Below the pieces are notes generated by a model that saw only the letters and a program-made list of their open reading frames with translations, had not been told where the DNA came from and made no database searches. A stretch of 64,000 nucleotides of DNA from Octopus sinensis (Eukaryota), in assembly GCF_006345805.1 (NCBI RefSeq), contig NC_043010.1:40982001-41046000 (forward strand). Direction: 5' to 3'. This document shows positions 51,358-64,000 of this stretch, piece after piece. The position numbers and the translations under genes were made by a program. How positions within the stretch are numbered: the stretch's first letter is position 1; each line of letters opens with the position of its first letter.

Positions 51358-53299
51358 GTATAATATATATATATATATATATATATTGTGTGTATATGTG
51401 TTTATGTATGTATAAATGTATATAATTTAAATTACAAAATATAGTATAGTCTCCAATTTTTGCTTACATTTCTTTTTATTGGTTATCTTCCTTCTTTATA
51501 TATTCTACTCTATATTTTTATCCGGTTTGTTCCATGTTGCTTTCGTTTGTTTGTTTTCGTTTTTTCTACCGTTTATTTTTAAAATAAATTTTGTTTAGTT
51601 TTGTTACATTATTTTAAATGTTCCAATTGTGAGCAGAAACGAGTCAAAAAAAGAGAAATTAAAATAAAGGAAGAAATTTAAAAGAACGAGGGAATTGAAG
51701 AAAGAGTAGTTTTTTTTTTTTTTTTTTTCGTCTACGCCGTATTTTACTGCTTTCTATAAAATCGTATCATCAGATTTTGACATTTATATCCCAGTCTGCA
51801 CGTGTCAAAATGTAAACAATATAGAGAATTGGAAACTGGAAGAAGACATGTATGTAATTTTCGAAAAGGATTTTTTTTTCCCAGGATGTGGGCGTGAGAA
51901 TAAAGAAGAAAATATATTAAAAAAAAGTATTTATTTACTTCAAGTTGTTTTCTTTTCATTTATTTATAATTTTATTTATGCATATCTTTTTTTTTTTTTT
52001 GCTTCATGATATCTATTTATATACTTATTACTGTAGATTTTACAGAATATAATGTAGAGTTGTCACTTCGGAAATGATCTCTTTTAGAAATCATACAAAC
52101 AAACATTATATATATATGATAAATTCAAATGTGTGTGTGTGATATATACATATGTATATGATACGTGTGTGTGTGTCTATGTGTGATATAATTATAGATA
52201 TATCATTTAATGTACACAGTATAAGAATACGAGCTATTAATATCTTCTTGCTTTTGAGACACGTGACTAGGCATTTTTCTCTTTGTTTTATATATATATA
52301 TATATACATACAGATAAGATACACACATATAAGATACATTGTATTAACATCTTGTGTTACTCCAATCAGTCCTAGGTCTCTGAGCACATGGTCTATTCTA
52401 TTTGAAAATAAGGACGCTGGGACATAGAGACATCACAAGTAAGAATGAGACGGTTGGTGCAGAATGTGGAAGGGAGATAAAAAAACGGAGAAAAGAAAGA
52501 AAAGAAATAGTTATGGCCGTAAAAGCCATAACTAAACTACTTGTTGTTGGATAATGCAACGGAGAATGTTCCAAAGTCTGCATGCAGTTGTTCAGTTCGG
52601 AGAGGATGGTGTCCTCCAGTTCACTAATAGAAATTTGTCGATATGCCTGCAATTGCTGGAATTTTCAGATCTTGAATTAAGTAGTGAGGTGGAATTTTGA
52701 AATCTAAAAAGAATGTACTATCTTTCAGCTACGCATAACTTGCATATCTTAGATCCATTTACATATGGCATGGATTTCTCAAAGACTCTCCACTTGATTT
52801 TATGCGAGGTACCAAATTAGTGGCTAGCCGACTTAGTGACTTTACTTTTATTTATGTGCCGGAATAGGTGGTTTGCATTACGTCTTTTGAAATCGCTTTC
52901 GCCATAAATCGATGTAATCTTTCTTTTCACTTGGAGATCTTAGGAACACTATAGACGACGGAGTTTATTATACAGGCCTGCGCAAGTGATAAAGCTTTAG
53001 GGAGTCGACAATTACAACTGAGAGCAGGCTCTTGGTGATGCTTACGAGTGATAAGGATCTTCATATTCAGACAGCAGCTATATGATATTTTTATCGAACA
53101 TCTCTTAAAAAAATATTCCTGAATTTATGGTCTACTGTGAAATGCTTATCTAAAAGACAGGAATTTCTGGCCTGCATTAGTTTTAATATTTAGAAAGAAA
53201 TGAAGTGGGGAGGTCGAACCTATTTTCCTAAATCTGTTTTTAGGTTTATTTTTATAATATATATTTTTACTTGAAGAAATGCAATATATCTTATCTCTG

Positions 53300-53905
53300 A
53301 AGCTGTTGTTAGCTAGGACTCTGTTACAGGAATTGCCTTATCAAATATTTCTTTAAAAGGAGATTAAATATCCTATTAATCATGTTAGCTATCAGGTTTT
53401 TAAACACTATAGGAGGTGACAGGATTATTTGTATACAGGAGAGTTCTTCGTTTGGTTTGCGGTATGGTTTATAGGTGTGGGAGTTTAGATCTAGAGAAAC
53501 ATCTAGAAAATAGACTTTTGACAGAATAGTGGGACAGTGATTTTGAGGCATAATTGACCAAAGATATTAATGAGTCTTTCCTAATTTTATCGAGAGTGTA
53601 ATCATCACAGCCATGAGATATTCACAACCCATCGACCCGGTATAGGCCAATATCGTGGGATGGAAACTTGTTTCTCAGTGTATTTAATATAAAGAGGCCT
53701 ACAAGATCGCAGATGTCCGCACCGATGCATCGAACAATTCATCTGCATCAGAGTTTTTAATCCATGCCGAGCCCTTACTAAACAGAAGTGTTTTCCTGCA
53801 TGCATGATAAAGTCCAGGTCTATGTGGTCAATAGTGACAGGTGTTATTTGCGAACTCAATCGCCTTATCAAGCAACGATCTCGAGACTGAGTGATAAAAA
53901 CTTAT
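53300..53905 (-). mobile_element. Penelope-like retroelement reverse transcriptase relic
   Basis: Minus-strand pieces DISFYHSVSRSLLDKAIEFA, CDLVGLFILNTLRNKF, IGLYRVDGL (YRDD decayed to YRVD) and VYFLDVSLDLNSHTYKPYRKPNEEL are typical Penelope RT motifs; frameshifted. Confidence 0.85.
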
Positions 53906-53910
53906 ATCAA

Positions 53911-54436
53911 ACTAGCAGTATCGCCCGGCGTTGCTCGGGTTTGTAAGGGAAATAACTATATAAGCATTTTTAGAGAGTTACTTCCCTTATAGATGCCAAT
54001 TCGGGCTTTCTTAGCCATTTCTGTTTTGGTGTCTTCAAGCCATGAAGTCGTTGTTCTAAAAGAACGCTGGTCTCCTTGACAACGCTTTACGACATTGATT
54101 TCCTTACACTCCCTTCCCCACAGCTTCACGAGGGAGGGAAGAGGGAGGGAAGAAGGGGGAGAAGCAAACAGGTGCAGGTGTGACCATGGACGCCAACTCC
54201 GCCGCCATCGACACACGAAAAATTATGCATTAAAATGGAATAAAAAATGATGTTAAATTATTTTTAAAATCGTAGACTCATCGTAGACGCGCACTAATAC
54301 TCAGACGGGCTCGATATGAATCACGACTATAAGATACCTGAATTTGGTTAAACTGCACCGCAAAATGTGGGAGTAGTTAGGAATCTAAATCGAAGGGGAC
54401 AGACACTCATACAACTACAGTTTTATATATATAGAT
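53911..54436 (+). mobile_element. Helentron-associated (HINE/DINE-1-like) non-autonomous element
   Basis: Starts ACTAGCAGTATCGCCCGGCGTTGCTCGGG and ends ACAACTACAGTTTTATATATATAGAT; it abuts the Penelope RT relic. Confidence 0.6.
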
Positions 54437-54801
54437 TATGTAAATCTACCTACCTGTCCCATTCCCTTCATCTACAGCCAGACAGCCAGGCAGATATGTA
54501 TTCGCATACATATGTACAGGGACAGATACATTGATATATGCATATACATCTATGTACACTACACACACGTAACATCTACATAGATAAAACCGAAGCTTCA
54601 AAGTCTCATACGTCCGATCTTCAAACGGTTTAGCAAACTGAAACATAAACACACTGGAAATATTTCATTGTCAAAGTACAGGCTGGTCGAGTTGAAGGAA
54701 ACAAAAATATAACAAACAATATTCAGTGTCTTTTTTTCATTTGCATTTTAAGTGTTTACCTTCATCCTTCTCTCTATCTCTGCACACACACACACATAAA
54801 T

Positions 54802-56062
54802 ACACTTATGTTAGGAAGGAAAAGAAGGAAGGAAAGGAGGAAGGAGGGAAAGGAGGAAGGAAAGAAAGGTGGAAGGAAGGAAAGGTGGAAGGAAGGAAAG
54901 GTGGAAGGAAGGAAGGAAGAAGGAAGGAAGGAAGGAAGGAAGGAAGGAAGAAGGAAGGAAGGAAGGAAGGAAGGAAGGAAAGGAGGAAGGAAGGAAAGGA
55001 GGAAGGAAGGAAGGAAAGGAGGAAGGAAGGAAGGAAGGAAGGAAAGGAGGACGGAAGGAAGGAAGGAGGTCGGAAGGAAGGAAAGGAGGACGGAAGGAAG
55101 GAAAGGAGGTCGGAAGAAGGAAAGGAGGTCGGAGGAAGAAAGGAGGAAGGAAGGAGGAAGGAAGGAAGGAAGGAAGGAAGGAAGGAAGGAGGAAGGAAGG
55201 GAGGAAAGGAGGAAGGAAGAAGGAAGGAAGGAAGAAGGAAAAGAAGGAAAAGAAGGAAGGAAGGAAAGGAGGAAGGAGGAAGGAAGGAAGGAAGGAAGGA
55301 AGGAAGGAAGGAAAGAAGGAAGGAAGGAAGGAAGGAAGGAAGGAAGAAGGAAAGGAAGGAGGAAGGAAGGAAGGAAGGAAGGAAGGAAAGGAGGAAGGAA
55401 GGAAGGAAGGAAGGAAGGAGGACGGAAGGAAGGAAAGGAGGTCGGAAGGAAGGAAGGAAGGAAAGGAGGACGGAAGGAAGGAAAGGAGGTCGGAAGGAAG
55501 GAAAGGAGGTCGGAAGGAAGGAAAGGAGGAAGGAAGGAAGGAAGGAAGGAAGGAAGGAAGGAAAGGAAGGAAGGAAGGAAGGAAGGAAGGAAGGAAGAGG
55601 AAGGAAGGAAGGAAAGAAGGAAGGAAGGAAGGGAGGAAAGAAGGAGGGAAGGAAGGAAGGAAAGGAGGAAGGAGGGAAAGGAGGAAGGAAAGAAGGAAGG
55701 AAGAAGGAAGGAAGGAAGGAAGGAAGGAAGGAAGGAAGGAAGGAAGGAAGGAAGGAAGGAAGGAGGAAGGAGGAAGGAGGAAGGAAGGAAGGAAGGAAGG
55801 AAGGAAGGAAGGAAGAAGGAAGGAAGGAGGAAGGAAGGAAGGAAGGAAGGAAAGGAGGACGGAAGGAAGGAAAGGAGGTCGGAAGGAAGGAAGGAAGGAA
55901 GGAAGGAAGGAAGGAAGGAAGGAGGAAGGAAGGAGGAAGGAAAGGAGGAAGGAAAGAAGGAAGGAAGGGAGGAAAGGAGGAAGGAAAGAAGGAAAGAAGG
56001 GAGGGAGGAAAGAAGGGAGGAAAGGAGGAAAGAAGGAAGGAAAGGAGGAAGGAAAGAAGGAA
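54802..56062. repeat. 1.26-kb (GGAA)n homopurine tract, followed by (GATA)n and (CATA)n
   Basis: Direct reading; almost all G/A except GGACGG and GGTCGG variants and two GGTGG units near the start. Confidence 0.98.
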
Positions 56063-56141
56063 GTAGATAGATATAGATAGATAGATAGATAGATAGATAC
56101 ATACATACATACATACATACATACATACATACATACATACA

Positions 56142-56363
56142 TACGGGAAGTACTGAAAAGTTCCTGGTTTTAAGGGTATAGCGAAAGGCCTTGTCTGAGG
56201 GCCAACCTCCGAGTTCTTTTACAGGGGTTAGAAAAACTGACTGACTGCTGTGTGTGATGACTGTGTGAATCTGAGAGAGGATTATGTTGAACAAAATCAT
56301 AATTGATTGATATTCCAATATTTTCTTTTACCCAAAGCTAGGAAATTTTCAGCACCCCTCGTA
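56142..56363 (+). mobile_element. Internally deleted mariner derivative (MITE) with TA target duplication
   Basis: TA|CGGGAAGTACTGAAAAGTTCCTGG pairs with CTAGGAAATTTTCAGCACCCCTCG|TA; the internal CVNLREDYVE resembles a mariner transposase C-terminus. Confidence 0.8.
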
Positions 56364-56780
56364 CAAACATTCATGCATACACACACACACACACTAAAGT
56401 ATTTGTATTTTTATGTGCTTTCAACATAATTCGGTCAGGCTGAATAAAAAGAGCAGAAAATTGAATAGTATCAATGCAAATATAGAGAGATGGATATAAG
56501 AAGTATACATAAAGACTCCAGAATTGAGCGTTGGTGATAGAATGTTAACCAACAGGAGAATATTGGAGAGAAATTAAGTTTGAGTAATGTTTGCATACGT
56601 TTCCATGTGTCTCTGTGTATATCCTCAATCTACAAGCAAGTGTATGTAAATATCTGAATGTATATATATATGTATGTATATATATATATATATATATACA
56701 TACATACACCAGTGCAAATGTATAAAATATGATGTATGGTTGTCTTTTGATGGGAATTTTGGTGTTATACAAGATCAGAT

Positions 56781-56830
<50 letters not shown>

Positions 56831-56936
56831 AAATTAAATCTGTGTACATGTATATATGCATGTGCATATAAGTATATATTGCACACATATACATACACAC
56901 ATGCATACCCATTTACACATACATATGCACATACAT

Positions 56937-56986
<50 letters not shown>

Positions 56987-58189
56987 CATACAGACATGCA
57001 TATACATACATGCATGCTTACATACGTACATATATGCATGCATACATACACACATACATATATGCCTATACATATATGCATGCATAGATACACACATACA
57101 TATATGCCTATACATATATGCATGCATACATACGCACATACACACATGCATACGCACATACATACATGCATATATGCATGCATGCATGCATGCATACATA
57201 CACACATGCATCCACACATACATGCATATATGCATACAAACATACATGCATACATACACCCACACACACATGCATATATGCATGCATACACACATACATA
57301 CGTGCATATGTGCATGCATACACACACGTGCATGCATGCATAAACACACGAATATATAATCAGTTTTAAGTGTATATGTTGAGAATACATACGTAGGTTA
57401 CGTACATAGTACAAAACAGGAAAAATACGCATAAATTTATAAAGATATCGCACAGCGTAAAAATCAAACGATCCTATATTCTTATATATTTAAATATGAT
57501 ACATATTTACAGAAATATATGCCTTGTTACTGCACAGAAGAGCGTGAGTATATGCTGTACGCATATGTGCGTGTATATATGTTGTATACGCATCTGTGCG
57601 TATGTGAGAGAGCACGCGGTATTATATGAATATGTATTCCTATATAATGAAAAAAAACTGCTTTGCGAGTGCTTAAAGTAAGTAGGATGAGTGAAAAAAA
57701 TATATATAAAACTATTATTAACGCTGAATATTTTACAGTTTGTAACATTTGCCTAGACAGAAAATCGCGGGCATGCGCTCTCACGTGAGTGTGCGTACGC
57801 ATGTGTATGGTACTTTCTGAAGAATGCAGGAAGATAATACGCAAGAAATGTTGATTCTCTTATATTTGCATAAAATGTAGATTATTTAAGTTATATGTGA
57901 AATCTTATGCGTGTGTATATACATACATAGATGTAAATGTACATATAAAGCATATATATGTATTTGAATATACTTATAACGACGCACGTATACATACGTG
58001 TGTGTTTGTATGTGTGTCTAAATACATCGAAAGGGTGATGGATGTATATATAAATCTTTTCGGATAGATAATACAGGTGGTATATAGACTGACGGAAAAG
58101 CAATCATATGTAGATATTTATGCATATAAATTTTATATGTATAAACAAGCATATCTGTGCATGAGTATATATGTGTGTGTATAAATTTA

Positions 58190-58223
<34 letters not shown>

Positions 58224-58227
<4 letters not shown>

Positions 58228-58538
58228 AGCGGGTACTAATAAGCACCTGCTTTGCTGAAGATAGGAGTAAAAAAACTCCGAAACCAGAGAAGAATCACTA
58301 AATTAATACAGGCATGATAGGAAAAACAATTAGGTGAATAAGAGTTGTGCCTTACCTCTACAAAGGTTGCGGAAGGAATGGCAGTTAATCTGATATCATA
58401 TTTTCGAATTTAGCGCCAATTCTTTTTCACTTAATTATTTTCCTATCATGCCTGTATTAATTTAGTGATACTTCTGTAGCTTCGGAGATTTTGACTCCTA
58501 TCTTTAGCAAAGCAGGTGCTTATTTGTACCCTCTTATA
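58224..58538. mobile_element. MITE with about 125-bp inverted arms
   Basis: TATAAGCGGGTACTAATAAGCACCTGCTTTGCT...ATTAATACAGGCATGATAGGAAAA pairs with TTTTCCTATCATGCCTGTATTAAT...AGCAAAGCAGGTGCTTATTTGTACCCTCTTATA. Confidence 0.88.
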
Positions 58539-60984
58539 CATAAATATATTTCATACTTTATATATATCTTAATTTTACCTATACGGCTTTTACGCTTGCG
58601 ACCACTAATGTTATTTTTATGAATGATAATGTTCTTATACATATATGTGTGTGTGTGTGTGTGTTTATTTAATATATAGATATATACATAAATGTGTATG
58701 CATATATATGCATACATCTACACAATATATATTCATACATACAGACTTACATTCACATTATAGATGAGTGTTACTTAAAGTTTCATTCTCGAAAAGTACA
58801 ACATTCGACCGTACTTATATAATGTACTACCTGACAGTCATACCGTTCTTGGAGGTAAAATATATCAGGACATGGGAGCTGAGTTTATTAGAAAATACCC
58901 TACATAGATACACAGAACATTCATTCTGAGTGTGAATGACAAAATGTGAAATATATTTTAGAAATATATATAAGTATCAATATGACGCTGGTAAGTTTTC
59001 AGAGTATAAGTATAGTATCGGGAGAATGTCAGATCATATGGCTAGTGGGAGTATTTTAATAGAAGAAAGGTTGGTGCATGTCTAACCTGGTGAGGCTGGA
59101 GGGGCATCTGCTATTTTGACAACCGAAATTTGTTTCGGTATTTCTGTGATGTATACATCTAGACAAATTTATACTGCCAAATTGGATGATTACCCACACT
59201 TCAACAGTTTAGGCTCACATTGGCCTTTTACTTATCCAAGTATCCCCTGCTCGCCATGGATTTTCACTTTCTCTTGGTGATACACCTTGCACTGAAGACT
59301 TACTATCTCAATATTGAAAGCTATTTCCAAAGATAAATTATATTGCAGCACTCAGTCACATAAATACTCCCTATGAACAATATTTATCCTCTGTATGTAG
59401 AACATTTTAACAAACCCAACTTCCATGCCCTGTTTAAAGGAATATTAACCTAGCTTTCAAGAACAGAATTGCTCCCCCTTCTCTAAGAACGTTTTTCCCC
59501 TCATTTTTTCACTAATTGCCATTTTTCGCGCGCCTGGATGATTTCTGGATAATGCCCTGGAGACATTAGATAAGCGCTGCTGAATATTGCACTTTTCTAC
59601 TACGAAACATGAAGGAGTTCGTTCATTATTTTTGTATTTATTAAATAATGTGTGCATATGTGTGTGAGAAAGAGAGAGAGAAAGCGACAGAGAGAGGGAG
59701 GAAGAGATAGCCAGACATACATTTGCATATAATGCATAAAGAGACTTTTACACATTATGCGTGTATACATACATATAGACTTATACATATAATGCTTAAA
59801 CACACATATATAGACTTAGACAGACAGACAGACAGATGACAGAGACGTACATATAATGCACACAAGGAAAATATATTTAGAAAAATAATTCAAACTGGCC
59901 AGTAGCAAGTATTTGAGGAAGAAAGGCGAATATGAATACAAGTATATTAAATAACATACAAGACAAAGTATATACATACATTCTGTGTGTGTATGTGTTT
60001 ATACGTATGTATATATGCGTGTATGTATATGTACGTATGTATATATGAGTGCGTGTGTGTGTGTGTGTGTTTATATATATATTTTATATATATATATATG
60101 AAGGACAATGTCCGATGAAGGACAATGATCCTGAAACACGGTGTCCCTAGATACAGTTCCGGCGGTTGGGGGTGTTTGTCTCCCCTTCGTATATGTATAT
60201 AAGGACACAGGAAAAAATGTGTCGAAGCTGTCAGGAGGCGTTCGATGCCTCCTAGGGCTATACAACGGTGGTGTACCCCCTACTGTCACGTTCTTGTTAG
60301 ATTGACAGTATACAACCATTCTATCGCCCCACTACCGTACATGTCTCTACGAGAGATTTAGAAATTCAATATTTCTTATATATATATATATATATATTCA
60401 CATTGAGAGAGGGAGAGGGTGTGCATATATATAGTTTTAAAATGTTACCAATTGGAAAACAGATCAAGATAAATACATTAAATATAATCAATATAGCATT
60501 TCCTTAGACAAGAGTTAATGTTCCTCGCTCAAATGTGTCCATAAAATCATATATGAACACATGGCCTTCATCAGCAACTTACAGAATGGCACTTATGAGC
60601 AACTTTCTATATTTTATACAAACTTGTATTTCGACAGTTTTAATGACCAGCCAATCATTGAAGAAAGCTCAAATACATTCTCTCTTGAAGCAAAGTCTAT
60701 TCGCATGAAAGAGTTCGACTTTCGTAATTAAACAAAATTGAATTCGCAAAGGACGATTCACATTACTAGTGACGAGCAATAATATTTCGTAGATATAATG
60801 AAAGTAATTACTTCGTGCAAGAGCTCAGCAAGGGGTACAATAAATAACTATGAATCCATAGTTAAAAGTGGAAAGATAGGAATATAGCCTAAATGAATTA
60901 AAGCCTGTGCGTGATTTCGTGTATATGCATCTGTGTATATAAATTCATGCACACTATACATAAATGTATTGAGATATATATGTA

Positions 60985-61139
60985 TGTGTATGTATATACC
61001 ATATACAACATATATATATATATATGTATGTATGTATATACCATATACAACAATATATATATATATATATGTATGTATATACCATATACAACAATATATA
61101 TATAATATATATATATATATGTATGTATATACCATATAC

Positions 61140-61172
<33 letters not shown>

Positions 61173-61521
61173 GTATGTATGTATATACCATATACAATAT
61201 ATATATATATATGTATGTATGTATGTATATACCATATACAATATATATATATGTATATATGTATGTATGTATATACCATATACAATATATATATATATAT
61301 ATATGTATGTATATACCATATACGATATATATATATATATGTATGTATGTATATACCATATACAATATATATATATATATATGTATGTATGTATATACCA
61401 TATACAATATATATATATATGTATGTATATACCATATACAATATATATATATATATATATTATGTATGTATGTATATACCATATACAATATATATATATA
61501 TATATGTATATACCATATACA

Positions 61522-61552
<31 letters not shown>

Positions 61553-61643
61553 CCATATACAATATATATAATATATAATATATATATATATATATATAGT
61601 ATATACCATATACAATATATATATATATATATATATACCATAT

Positions 61644-61685
<42 letters not shown>

Positions 61686-61719
61686 CCATATACAATATAT
61701 ATATATATATATACCATAT

Positions 61720-61754
<35 letters not shown>

Positions 61755-61771
61755 TGTATATACCATATACA

Positions 61772-61805
<34 letters not shown>

Positions 61806-61827
61806 ATACCATATACAATATATATAT

Positions 61828-61861
<34 letters not shown>

Positions 61862-61973
61862 CTATGTATGTATGTATATACCATATACAACAATATATAT
61901 ATATATTATATATATATGTATGATACCATATACAACATATTATATATATATATATATGTATGTAATACCATAT

Positions 61974-62015
<42 letters not shown>

Positions 62016-62433
62016 GTATATACCATATACAATAATATATAATATATATATATATTATGTATGTATATACCATATACAATATATATATATATATATGTAT
62101 GTATGTATGTATATACCATATACAATATATATATATATATATGTATGTATGTATATACCATATACAATATTATATATATATATATTATATATATGTATAT
62201 ACCATATACAATATATATATATATATATATATATTATGTATATACCATATACAATATATATCTATATATATATGTATATACCAATACAATATATATATAT
62301 ATAATATATATATACCATATACATATATATATATATATATTATATATATATATGTATGTAGTATATACCATATACAATATATATATATATATATATATAT
62401 CTATATATTATATGTATGTATATACCATATACA

Positions 62434-62464
<31 letters not shown>

Positions 62465-62583
62465 GTATGTATGTATGTATATACCATATACAACAATATA
62501 TATATATATATATGTATGTATATACCATATACAACAATATATATATATATATGTATGTATGTATGTATATACCATATACAACA

Positions 62584-62627
<44 letters not shown>

Positions 62628-62689
62628 ATACCATATACTACAATATATATATATATATGTATGTATGTATGTATGTACCATATACAACA

Positions 62690-62721
<32 letters not shown>

Positions 62722-62765
62722 ATATACCATATACAACAATATATATATATGTATATATATATATA
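60985..62765. repeat. 1.8-kb AT-rich minisatellite with a conserved TATACCATATACAA core and variable (TA)n/(TATG)n spacers
   Basis: The core recurs roughly 40-45 times; one more unit appears at about 63780-63835. Confidence 0.95.
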
Positions 62766-63776
62766 TTATATAATTAGGGCTTAGTAAAATAAATTACTTT
62801 GCCACATACTGAACTTTCTAGAAATAGCAGCCAAAAAAGTTTTTTAGTCATTTCCACTACTTAAAGAAAATCTCTCTCAGATAATGTTTACTCAAAATAA
62901 CTCACGAATGTATGGAGGTAAAAACAGAAAAATATCACAAGTACAAAGATTATTTGAGAACGTTAACGTTTCTAGATTAGCCAAATAAACTCAGCATTTC
63001 TTTCGTCAGCTCAACATTTCTTATTTTGGATTTGGAAGCACTAAAAAGAAAGAACATATCCTTTGGCGACTTATCACCTCAGATGACCCGTTCAGACTGC
63101 CAGTACCAACAAATTCAAAATGTGCAAGCGAAGATTCCCTGCTCTCCCCTTCCACCCACGTGGGTTATCTAGCAAACATTATATTTTAACGGTGAGAACC
63201 GAGGCAATATGACAGAGAGAAATGAATTATAATATCAACAATTGAGGGTAAAATTAATTAGTTATTAATCAATTTCACCAAGTATTCAGTATGTAAAAGG
63301 ACCATTTAAGGCGAATTCAAAATATTACATTATATAATTAGGGCTTAGTAAAATAAATTACTTTGCCACATACTGAACTTTCTAGAAATAGCAGCTAAAA
63401 AAGTTTTTTAGCCATTTCCACTACTTAAAGAAAATTTCTCTCAGATAATGTTTACTCAAAATAACTCACGAAAGTATGGAGATAAAAACAGAAAAATATC
63501 ACAAGTACAAAGATTATTTGAGAACGTTAACGTTTCTAGATTAGCCAAATAAACTCAGCATTTCTTTCGTCAGCTCAACATTTCTTATTTTGGATTTGGA
63601 AGCACTAAAAAGAAAGAACATACCCTTTGGCGACTTATCACCTCAGATGACCCGTTCAGACTGCCAGTACCAACAAATTCAAAATGTGCAAGCGAAGATT
63701 CCCTGCTCTCCCCTTCCACCCACGTGAGTTATCTAGCAAACATTATATTTTAACGGTGAGAACCGAGGCAATATGA
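62765..63776. repeat. Near-identical tandem duplication (564-bp period) embedded in the minisatellite
   Basis: 62765-63212 matches 63329-63776 with about seven substitutions by eye. Confidence 0.93.
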
Positions 63777-63869
63777 CGTGTGTATGTATGTATGTATATA
63801 CCATATACAACAATATATATATATATATGCATATATTCATACACATTCACATATAACTTTGATCATTTA

Positions 63870-64000
63870 ACCTTTTGCTTGTTTCAGTCATTATACTACG
63901 GCCATGCTGGGGCACAACCATGAGGAATTTTTAGTCGAATGTATTGACCACTAATTTTTAAAGTCTTGTACTTGTTCTAGCGATCTTTTTGCCGTACTGC
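63870..64000 (-). mobile_element. 3' tail of a family A-type SINE, running off the window
   Basis: CTTGTTTCAGTCATT...GGCCATGCTGGGGCAC is the reverse complement of the SINE tail; similar tail stubs at about 877-930, 27200-27240 and 36900-36940. Confidence 0.65.

Noticed and set aside
54726-56318. Long ORFs (400-514 aa) rich in G/R/K/E or P/S/F/L
   Set aside because: These are translations of (GGAA)n and (TTCC)n, which lack stop codons in all frames; there is no sign of selection.
22998-62784. Dozens of ORFs rich in Y/I/H/T/M/C/V
   Set aside because: They are translations of (TA)n, (CA)n and (TATG)n simple repeats.

Overview
AT-rich eukaryotic (metazoan) genomic DNA dominated by (TA)n/(CA)n/(TATG)n microsatellites, tRNA-derived SINEs and decayed transposons. 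The repeat landscape looks like an Octopus genome; this is inferred from recalled repeat families, not from a database search. There is one credible protein-coding gene: an intronless class A GPCR of the myosuppressin/DMSR-1 (FMRFamide/sex-peptide-receptor-like) group at 21046-22287 (+). It has a strong splice acceptor upstream and a diverged duplicate of its C-terminus and proximal 3' UTR downstream. Everything else is mobile or repetitive: relics of Tc1/mariner, Penelope, RTE and CR1/L2-type elements, several long-TIR MITEs, piggyBac-like and Helentron-like short elements, a 21-bp minisatellite, a 1.26-kb (GGAA)n tract and a 1.8-kb AT-rich minisatellite. The most interesting signal is a set of minimal Penelope-type hammerhead ribozyme motifs in different short repeat families, including one at the 3' end of a tRNA-headed SINE (44300-44541, minus strand). 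Apart from the GPCR and a few short transposon-relic frames, the ORFs in the supplied track are simple-repeat artefacts or unsupported. All family assignments come from motif recognition by eye, and repeat boundaries are approximate unless terminal repeats are quoted.
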